Below are positions 53,476 through 64,000 of a stretch of DNA of 64,000 bases, piece by piece (within the stretch, counting starts at the first letter, position 1; each line of letters starts with the position of its first letter). The notes under the pieces were generated by a model, which saw nothing but the letters and a program-made list of their open reading frames with translations, was not told the origin of the DNA and searched no databases. The DNA comes from Octopus vulgaris (Eukaryota). Position numbers and translations under genes: made by a program. The DNA is taken from positions 31,992,001-32,056,000 of the forward strand of contig OX597820.1 of NCBI GenBank assembly GCA_951406725.2, given 5' to 3'.

Positions 53476-54459
53476 ACCATCGCTGGACAACCGGTGTTGG
53501 TGTGTTTATGTCCCCGTAACTTAGCGGATCGGCAAAATGGAACGATAGAATAAGTACTAGGCTTACAAAGAATATATCCTGTGGTCAATTTGTTCGACTA
53601 AAGGCGATGCTCCAGCATGGCCAAAGTCAAATGAATGAAATAAGTGAAAGATAAAAAAAGATAAAAGATACCAGTTTAATACTGGGCGCAAAAAAAATCA
53701 ACAGTGCCGTACTCTTCCTCCCCTAATGTATGGCCGGGTGCCAGCGTTACAACTCATTAATTTACCTGCGGAAGTTTAAAAAAACACATGTGATGTCTAT
53801 TAGTAAGGTGAGAGATTTAGGAACCGTGGTGATCTCATTGACGGTAGAAGCGGTAGAGGGGGGTGGCGGTGGTGGTGAGGAAGTGAAGTAGAGAATGGTG
53901 GGAAGAAGTGGGTAGAGGTTAATAGCAATAAGGGTGGTAGCTGATATGGTGGTGTTGGCAGTTATCTTTGTTTTTGTGGCGGTGGTGGTAATGCTGAACC
54001 TGTTAGTCAGAGGTGATGAAGGAGGAGAAGAAGAAGAAGAAGAAGAAGAAGAAGAAGAAGAAGAAGAAGAAGAAGAAGAAGAAGAAGAAGAAGAAGAAGA
54101 AGAAGAAGAAGAAGAAGAAGAAGAAGAAGAAGAAGAAGAAGAAGAAGAAGAAGAAGAAGATGGTGATGATGATGATCATGAGAACGTTGCTACTGTTGTT
54201 GATGCTGCTGCTGATGATAACAATGATGTGCTGGTGATGAGGATATTTGTTATGGCATTGTTGTTGTTACTCATTATGGTGTTCATAATGGTGATGGTGA
54301 TGATGATGATGCAGCGAAGAACGATAGTAAAATGATATCTTTACTGTTGGTAGTGTATTGTCAGCAACGGTAGCAGCAGAGAGATGGGTGTTGGGGTGAG
54401 GAATGGTAATATATATGTGTGTGTATGTATATATGTGTGTCTATGTATATATGTGTGTG

Positions 54460-54518
<59 letters not shown>

Positions 54519-54753
54519 GTATATACATATATACATATACATATATATATATATACATATATATATATGTATGTATATATATATGTATGTATATACATAT
54601 AATTGTGTATATATATATATATGTGTATATATATATGTATGTATATACATATAATTATGTATATATATATATATGTGTGTATATATATACATGTATATAT
54701 AAATATATATATGTATATATATATATATGTATGTATATATATATATATGTATG

Positions 54754-54789
<36 letters not shown>

Positions 54790-54839
54790 GTATATATATA
54801 TACATACATACGCAAGCATATGCATACACACATGCATGT

Positions 54840-54904
<65 letters not shown>

Positions 54905-55742
54905 CATATATATATATGCATATATATGCATATATATGCATATACATAGCGGATCTACTTCTAACATAACGGTTGTCCAAATTGTGGTCATCCATCTTAT
55001 ATGTATGTAATATAATTTTCCTGAATCTTCAGATTTTAATATGCTAGACCATCGGTTTTAAATTGATATTAATCAAATTTATATTCAATTTTTCACCATT
55101 ATCATTTTAAATGCATACACGTAGATGTATATGTGTGTGCGCGTGTGTGTAGGCAGAGAGATAGATGAATGCATGAATGCTTGTACATATACAGTATATA
55201 TGTTCAGGTATGACCAAATAGTTCAGATAACTTCTTCGCAAGCAACTGGTTTCGGATTCGATCCCGCTGCACGGCACCTTAGGCGAATGTCTTCCACCGT
55301 AACTCTGAGTCGCTTCAAAGCTTGTGAGTAAAGGTGGAGATGCGGGAACTGAGTGGAATAGAATCGGATGAGGAGTACCAGTGATTCAATGGGTCCCATT
55401 TTGTTACCCTATCGTATCATAGAGAAGCTGTCCGAGGAGTTACGTTGGCACAGTACAGTAGAGGCGGGCGAACATGTCTTGGCAACGTATATCATGCTTT
55501 AGGGGCTTGTGTAGTCGCGTGCATATATGGACACACTATTAGCCCACTCCACCCCAACCCATGACTCGGTGGTACATCGAGGATGCGACAGCTGAATATA
55601 TATATATATATATATATTGAGAGAGAGAGAGGGGGGAATGAGTGAGAGTGAAATGAGGGGGAGAGAAAAGATAGATAGAAGTAGAGAGAAAGAGCGAGTG
55701 AATAAGAGAGAGAGGGAAAGAAACAGATAGATATACAGATAA

Positions 55743-55815
<73 letters not shown>

Positions 55816-55835
55816 CAGATTGATAGATATATAGA

Positions 55836-56195
55836 TATTTTCTTTATTAGCCTCACAGGGCTGAACACAGAGGGTACAAATTACAAAGTAGAGCTTTTCT
55901 TTTTGGGGAGAAAAAAACATAAAATAAAAATAAAAAAAAAATAAAAGTGGGGTATGTTTTCGATCAAAAGGGATCGTAAAAAGAGAGGAAAAAAACAATC
56001 GATAGGGATCGTGTATCACAGAAATGTCATGATGTAAAGTGTAAAGGGCGAAGCAGATAAGGTTTATTCGTGGAAAGAAAAGCCTACGGAAACGACCACG
56101 GTAACCGCGGTCAATAATGTCACATGTTAACACATTTATTTGCAAGTAAGTAAACTCTCTGTTTTAAATTTTTCCGTGTTCATACTTGCCATGCG
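55836..56195 (-). mobile_element. Probable LINE 3' UTR fragment sharing its terminus with SINE family A
   Basis: The minus strand ends TTTGTACCCTCTGTGTTCAGCCCTGTGAGGCTAATAAAGAAAATA, abutting an (ATCT)n run. Confidence 0.5.
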
Positions 56196-56212
56196 ATGGC
56201 AGATAGATAGAT

Positions 56213-56295
<83 letters not shown>

Positions 56296-57883
56296 ATGGA
56301 GATATTGATAGATAGAAAGAGAGGAGTAAAGAGATAGAGTCTGCATTAGCATTGGGAAGCTAATCGTTACACCTGAGCGGACAGGTGCACCATAAAATGA
56401 AGAGCCTTGTTCAAGAATGCAACACGTCACCCGGTTTGGGCATTGAACCATACGACCTTGTAATCATGAGCTCATCACCCTAACCACTACGCCACGTGCC
56501 TTTACGGTTTGCTTTAAACATACAATTACTCACTCTGAACCACTTACACCGTAAGCCAAGAAAAGTGATTGTACATGTGATTCAAAGAGCCAAGCCTTGC
56601 AACACACGATGTCATGTTTATGGCTTACGCCGAACGCTTAATTGCTCACTTTTAGCCAATTACACTGTAATACAAAACTGTACAAAACTGCATCTATGAT
56701 TCAAACAGTCATCTTTATCATATTCAATGTCACCATAAGTGTGCCTGATCACTATATATGTCGAAGGTACAAGACGCGAAGCATTTTATATTTATATATT
56801 GAAATGCGAAGCCATTTATATTTTAACTAAGGTTTTACCTGTCACACGACGGTAAAAGCATGCTTTTGCTAACATGGGTAACATCAGGAAATATGGCATG
56901 TTTGTTCCTTCTCGAGCCTTGCCTGGCTCATTAAGGCCGGTTTCCCGGTTTCATTGGCGTATAGGTTCCCCACCAGGAAAGAGTGAGAGAAAGTTGTGCC
57001 GAAGGAGTGAACAGAAGTCCACCATTACTTTTTGCCGGAGCTGCGTGGAGTTTAGGTGTTTTACTCATAAACACACACATCGCCCGGTCTCAGATTCGAA
57101 TCCACGATCTCTCGACTGCGAGTACGCTGCACTAACCACTAGGCCATTTGTCTACCCCAGGAAATATGGTATACATACAATAATTTTGTGGAGGTGCGTG
57201 GCTTAGTAGTTAAGGTGATAAACTCAAGATCGTAAGATTGTGGTTTTGATTCTTGGACCGGGTGACGCTTTGAGTCATTGAGCAAAGCACTTCATTTCAC
57301 GTTGCTCCAATCCACTCACCCGGCAAAAATGAGTAAACCAGTGACGGACAGGTGTCTCGTCCAGGTGGGGAATATATAGAAGCCGAGGAGCCGGCCTTAT
57401 AATTCTATATAACTCAGGAAGGCACAGTACTTCTTTTGCTACAATAATTACAATTTAACTTTTATAAAATGTCTTAGTGCACGTACAAAATAATGAAGTG
57501 AAAACTAATTTTCATATGGAAAATATTTATTATTTGAAAATTAAATGAAACGAATTTCTCATTTGTATCAGGTGCAAAATTTAGGATTTATAGAGCATTA
57601 AAGTTGTGAACAAAAACATGACAGTGGAGACATACAAGAAAACGGAACGGAAACAGAAATGGAGGGTCGTTAGACCAGAACGAGAGGAAAATAGTGAATG
57701 CTGGGAGAAACTTCTTTTTGAAAAGAGAAAAGGTAGAAGAAAGAGGGAGAGAAAAAAACACTTCCGTTCCTTTGAACGTCCGTGCAGGAAAAGAAAGATG
57801 GTGACGCGAGGAAAAGAAAGATGGACGATGGTCACGTGTGATCAACGAGAGAGAGAGAGAGAGAGAGAGAGAAGAGAAAGAGG

Positions 57884-57923
<40 letters not shown>

Positions 57924-58054
57924 AAATGGTGTAGGCGGGAGGGGGGAGTAAAAGTGAATTACAGAAGAAAACAGTGTTCTTCCCATCCCTGATATCAGCC
58001 ACATTCACTATGCCACCACATTTCCTTCACACTAACACTCTTGTACCCTTCTCA

Positions 58055-58270
58055 CTTTATCAAATGAAAGCCCCACTCCGCTAGAGGGCCCATTAAAGAC
58101 TTTTATTGAGATCCAATTAGCTTATAATTGAACTGGATGTTAGTTTAATGTGTATGCAACAGGATGTTAGTTTAATATGTATGCAAAGTTTCGCTAAAAT
58201 TGGTTCACTGGTGTAGGCTTCAAGGTGGTAACAGACAGAGCGATAGAAAAATTGCCATCTATGTATAAGA
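58055..58270 (-). mobile_element. Helitron-like 5' end remnant
   Basis: The minus strand starts A|TCTTATACATAG; its ATCAAATGAAAG and AAAGTTTC...AAATTGGTTCA segments resemble non-autonomous Helitrons. Confidence 0.4.
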
Positions 58271-58283
58271 TTAAGGCAGCTAG

Positions 58284-59150
58284 AGGCGGCGAGCTGGCAG
58301 AATCGTTAGCATACCGGGCAAATGCTTGGCGGCATTTCGTCCGTCTTTACATTCTGAGTTCAAATTTCGCCGTGGTCGACTTTGCCTTTCATCCTTTTGT
58401 GATCGATAAATTAAGTACCAGTTGAACACTGAGGTCGATGTAATCGACTAGTACCTACCTCAAAATTTCAGGCCATGTGCCAAAATTTGAAGCCTGCGAT
58501 ATTTTCTCCCGTTGCTACGTTTTGAGTTGATTATTATCATTAAGGCGGCGAGCTGGCAGAATCATTAACATACCGGGCAAAATGCTTAGCGATATTTCGT
58601 CCGTCTTTACATTCTGAGTTCAAATTTCGCCGAGATTGACTTAGCCTTTCAACCAGTCGAAGTCGATAAAATATGTACCAGTTGAGTGTTTGGGTCGATG
58701 TAATCGACTATCCCGCTACCTGAAGCTTCAGGCTTTGTGCCTATTGTAGAAAGATTTATTCTTTTCTACTCTAAGCACAAGGCCCGAAACTTTTGGGGAG
58801 GGGGCCAGTCGATTGGATCAACTTCAGTACGCAACTAGTGCTTAATTTATCGATCCCGAAAGGATGAAAGAGAAAGTCGACCTCGGCGGAATTTGAACTC
58901 AGAACGTAAAGACAGACGAAACACCGCTAAGCATTTCGCCCGGCTTGCTAACGTTTCTGCCAGCTCGCTGCCTGTAGAAAGATTTATTAAGGCAGCGAAA
59001 GGCGGCGATATTTCTTCGGCGCTTTACGTTCTGGGGTCAACTTTGTTTTTCATATTATCGGGGGTTGATAAAGGAAAGTAACAGTCATGAAATCGGGTCG
59101 ATGTAATCGAACTGCATCTTCCCTGAAAATTTCTGGCCTTCTGCCAAAAT
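58284..59150. mobile_element. Cluster of family A SINEs in both orientations
   Basis: Plus copies at 58284 and 58543; minus copy at about 58760-58970. Confidence 0.85.
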
Positions 59151-59583
59151 CATGAAGAATTACGTAACTTTTTCACATACATTGAATCACTGTTAGTATT
59201 TATTAAAGAGTACAAGTGTCTGTGGTGTGTTCAGTCGCGTAGATTATGGTACAATGACTAAGGCGTTCCGAAAATACACAATAAATTCGAGTACACACCT
59301 TAGGCTTCGACATCATCAGTAGCGTGGATGGGGTAACAGCCACGCAAGAGCAACAACTAGCAAGACTTTCACCAGAGGAACCCCACCCTAAAAAAACTTG
59401 CTCACACCTCTTTGCCTTGGGGGTGAAGGAGAGAAGAAAATTTCACTTTGGAGAAACGCATTATCAGCTATAACTGAAAGAGATATGCATGTGTGTGTGT
59501 GTGTGTGTGTGAGTGTGTGAGTGTGTGTATTAGCGTGTGCATTTATGTATGTATGTATGTATGTATGTATGTATGTATGTATG

Positions 59584-59650
<67 letters not shown>

Positions 59651-59889
59651 GTATATGTCTGTGTATGTGTATACATACATACTATTTTACTATTTTACTT
59701 GTTTCAGTCATTTGACTGCGGCCATGCTGGAGCACCGCCTTTAGTCGAGCAAATCGACCCCGGGACTTATTCTTTGTAAGCCTAGGACTTATTCTATCGG
59801 TCACTTTTGCCGAACCGCTTATTGACGGGGACATAAACACACCAGCATCAGATGTCAAGCAATGCTAGGGGGACAAACACAGACGCACA

Positions 59890-60208
59890 AATATCCGGTT
59901 TATTAGCTTTTATAGTTTTGTCGGTATGTACAAGGAAGTCCCCGAGAATCGACACATTTTCTCCTTCAGTCACATCTTCAGGATGGTGTTTATACCATTT
60001 GTCAGCGGTTTTGATTTTATAATACCGACATATTGTCCAGTGTAAATACTGGCCGACTCTGTCATGTCTTGCTTTATATTCTACGGGTGCTAAGACTCTA
60101 CACTGAGATTAGGTGGTCTATAGCTTCAATCGCATCGTTACAGAATCGACATTTTGGGTCAGCTCCATTTTTTATCACATTGGCTTGGTAATTCCGGGTT
60201 AATAAGCT
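59890..60208 (-). mobile_element. R4/Dong-clade fragment (CCHC knuckle to endonuclease start)
   Basis: SLLTRNYQ...PKCRFCNDAIEAIDHLIS/RVLAPVEYKARHDRVGQYLHW...WYKHHPE...IKANKPDI. Confidence 0.9.
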
Positions 60209-61053
60209 ATTTTAATTGCTCGATAGCAAGAATTACATTTTTTCAAGAATGTATTTTATAAACAATTTTGACGGCTCTGGACTTAAAGTATTGTGTAATG
60301 GATAGGAAGCGGGTGTTGCGTTAAGAGGTGGGTGAATGTATGTATAGATATTACATGCTCATAAACAAACATACATAACACATACAACTGCATACATTTA
60401 TAAACACATATTAGTTTATATATATGCAAATATGTACATTCACACACACACACTCGTGTGTGTGTGAGCGTTTGGGTGAGTGAGGCGTTTTTTAATGCTG
60501 TGTATAGGAGAGAGAATGATGATGATGACGATGTCGACGACGATGATGATGATGATGATTATAATAACGATGAAGGTGCTGGCGGCGATCCTGGAGGTAG
60601 CGTGGGTAGAGATTAAAGGAAATGAACAAAAATGGCCACCTCCGATTATATTGAATCATCAAATCCGGTCATGTGAAGAAAGGTGGTTCACGTGACGGTA
60701 GGGTAACAAAAAAAAAAAAACACCCAAAAGACAATTTGTGGAAAACAACGACAAAACATAAGGAAATACAAATTAAAGAGAAACGAAAATTTAAAGTATA
60801 AAAAGGTTATATTATACAAGAACAAGTAAGAAACCATATATATGTGTGTGTGTGTGTGTGTATGTGTAAGTGTGTAGTTGTGTGTATGTATGTGTGTGTC
60901 TGCTTATGTGTGTGTGTACATGTATATGTATTTACATACAGCTATATATATATATATATGTGTGTGTGTGTTTGTGTGTGTATGTGTGTGTCTATGTGTG
61001 TTTGTTTGTGTGTGTGCTTGTACTTAGATACTGCTATATAAATATATGTGGTA

Positions 61054-61330
61054 GCACATGGCCTAATGGTTAGAGCAGTGGACTCGCGGTCGAGGAATCG
61101 CGGGTTCGAATCTCAGACCGGGCGATGTGTGTGTTTATGAGCGCAACGCCTAAGCTCCACGCGGCTCCGGCAGAAGGTAATGGCGAACTTCTGCTGACTC
61201 CTCTGCTACAACATTCTCTCACTCTCTCCTCCTGCATCTTGCAGCTCATCCAGGTGGGGAACCTATACGCCAATGAAACCGGGAAACCGGCCCATTATGA
61301 GCCAGGCATGGCTTGAGAAGGAACAAACAA
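61054..61330 (+). mobile_element. tRNA-Arg-like SINE
   Basis: TGGCCTAATGGTTAGAGC A-box, CTCGCGG loop and GGTTCGAATCTC B-box. Confidence 0.75.
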
Positions 61331-61354
61331 AAATATAAATATATGTGTGTGTGT

Positions 61355-61910
61355 GAAATTTGTGGGGAGGGGACTAGTCGAATACATCGACCCAGTTCAT
61401 TATTGGTACATAATTTATCGATCCCGAAAGGATGAAAGGCAAAGTCGACCTCGGCGGAATTTGAACTCAGAACGTAGCGACGGGCGAAATTCTGCTAAGC
61501 ATTTTGTTCAGGGTGCTAACGGTTCTGCCAACTCGCACTTAACCTGAAATTTTGGGGGAAGGGACTAGTCGGTTACATCGGTGGAATTTGAACACAGAAC
61601 GTAAAGACGGACGAAATGCTGCTAAGCATTTAGTCCGTCGTGCCAACGATTCTGCCAGCTCACCATCTTAATGATAATTATAGTCCTTTCTACTAAAGGC
61701 ACAAGGCCTGAAATTTGTGGGGAGGGTTAAGTCAATTACATCGACCCCCCCTCCCCAGTATTCAACTGGTACTTAATTTATCGAGCCGAAAGGATGAAAA
61801 GCAAGTCGACCTCGGCGGAATTTGAACTCAGAACGTAGCGACGGGCGAGATACCGCTAAGCAGTTCGTCCAGCGTGCTAACAATTCTGCCAGCTCGCCGT
61901 CTTGATAATG

Positions 61911-61966
<56 letters not shown>

Positions 61967-62455
61967 CCTTTCTACACAAGGCTTGACATTTTGAGGGGAG
62001 GGGGTAAGTCGATCATATCGATTCCAGTGCTCCACTAGAACTTATTTCATCGACCCCGAAAGGATCTACTATAGGCACAAAGCCTGAAATTTGGGAGCAG
62101 GAGGCCAATCGATTACAGCGACCCCAATACTTATCTGATATTTATTTTATCAACGGATGAAAGGTAAAGATCGATCGAGGCGGGATTTGAACTCAGAACA
62201 TAACGACCCGGACGAAATGCCGCCAAGCATTTTCCCCGGCACGCTAACGATTCTTTTCAACTCTAGGCACAAGGTCCGAAATTTTGGGGGAGGGGACCAG
62301 TCAATTAGATCGACCCCAGTACGAAACCTATTGACACCGAAAGGATGAAAGGTAAAGTCGACCTCGGCGTGATTTGAACTCAGAACGTAATGACCCGGAC
62401 GAAATTCCGCTAAGCATTTCGACCGGCACGCTAACGGTTCTGTTAGCTCGCCGCA
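61355..62455 (-). mobile_element. Cluster of family A SINEs (short-tail form)
   Basis: About five minus-strand partial or full units, some separated by (AAT)n. Confidence 0.85.
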
Positions 62456-62528
62456 TTAATAATAATAATACTAGTCACTACGAAAACTTTCTTCTTCCTG
62501 TTCTTTGTGCGTATGAGTGTTTGTGTGT

Positions 62529-62580
<52 letters not shown>

Positions 62581-63220
62581 ATGTGTATGTGTGCGTTGAA
62601 ATATGGAAGTTCCGGGTTCAAATAGTAGGACTGTCCGCCAACCATCCAACCACCCACATTGTCAATTAGCTCCTTGCTAGTTTAATATAATCTAATCCTT
62701 ATGCTACTACTCCACCTAGTTGCAATTTGCATATTTGGCGCATGAGTACTTATGTTCTGTGATGGCAGTCGTAGGTTGGTAGAATCATTTGAGAGCCGTA
62801 GAAGAAAGAAAGAAAAAAAAAAAAGAAATTGGAAAAAGAAAATAAGGAAATTACTAAACAAATAATATTTTTGCGGTCTTTGTTTCGACCGCGTTACGTT
62901 TTTGAATTCCTGAGTTCCTGAGTTCTAATCGTAAAGTGGGCGATTTTGCATTTAACCAATTTCAAAGCATATACAGGAGTCTGTGTATTGCATATACTGT
63001 ACTGAAAGAAGCCTGTCTAATTTCTCATATATAATAATCATAATAATAATAATTATAATAATAATTATAATTATAATTATATACTATTTATTTATTATTT
63101 CGTACTTTATTTAGTTCTAGGTAAATGTTTTATTGCATCTTAAATGTTTTCTATAGGGTATGATTTAAGTATATCATTGTTGAATTGCTACATGGTGGTT
63201 CTTCTAATTTATATACATAC

Positions 63221-63263
<43 letters not shown>

Positions 63264-63309
63264 ATAAATAATATATAAATATATGCATATATACATACAT
63301 ATATGTACA

Positions 63310-63377
<68 letters not shown>

Positions 63378-63383
63378 CATATG

Positions 63384-63443
<60 letters not shown>

Positions 63444-63447
<4 letters not shown>

Positions 63448-63830
63448 TGTGTGGCAAGTAGCTTGCTTACCAACCACATGGTTCCGGGTTCAGTCCCACT
63501 ATGTGGTACCTTGGGCAAGTGTCTTCGACTATAGCCTCGGGCCGACCAAAGCCTTGTGAGTGGATTGGGTAGACGGAAACTGAAAGAAGCCCGTCGTATA
63601 TATGTATGTGTGTATATGTTTGTGTGTCAGTATTTGTCCCCCCCCCCAAATCGCTTGACAACCTATGCTGGTGTGTTTACGTCCCCGTAACTTAGCAGTT
63701 CGGCAAAATAGACCGATAGAATAAGTACTAGGCTTACAAAGAATACGTCCTGGGGGTCGATTTGCTCGACTAAAGGCGGTGCTCCTGCATGGCCACAGTC
63801 AAATGACTGAAACAAGTAAACGAGTAAGAG
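63444..63830 (+). mobile_element. SINE family B
   Basis: Standard head, body and tail. Confidence 0.88.
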
Positions 63831-64000
63831 CTTAAAGCTGTTTCTGCTATAAAATGCAATACATTCGTAGCTGAATGTTTGAGTAGCACGCTAAAGCTTC
63901 AAACATCAAGTGTAATTTTGTTTGGGAAAACATCTTTTTTTTTTTATATACACGCAGATAGGTATACAGTCCAGGGGTCGATTTCTTCGACTAAAAGGCG

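Noticed and set aside
53934-54335. ORF resembling a membrane protein with a poly-Glu tract
   Set aside because: Product of (GAA)n and degenerate GTG/GAT repeats.
55330-55590. GC-richer unique patch, possibly a LINE ORF relic or exon
   Set aside because: No convincing motif or splice-site pair could be identified by eye.

Overview
Eukaryotic, AT-rich, repeat-saturated non-coding DNA, probably intronic or intergenic. The dense microsatellites and tRNA-derived SINE families strongly suggest an octopus genome (inference). No intact protein-coding gene is supported: almost every ORF in the track is translated microsatellite or SINE sequence. Recognisable content includes three abundant SINE families, LINE fragments (CR1, RTE, R4/Dong), Tc1/mariner/maT remnants, hAT-type MITEs, Helitron/Helentron-type elements, and Penelope-like repeats with minimal hammerhead-like motifs. 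The most notable observations are: (1) a ~190-bp array of canonical heat-shock elements directly upstream of a TATA box (13421-13660); (2) a SINE that repeatedly ends at GGTAT sites, including inside its own family, and shares its 3' tail with a LINE-like 3' UTR; (3) an RTE insertion with twin-priming inversion geometry; (4) a 53-bp satellite with a trimeric higher-order structure; and (5) several long inverted repeats that could form dsRNA. All calls come from reading the sequence by eye, so boundaries are approximate unless a TSD or TIR is quoted.
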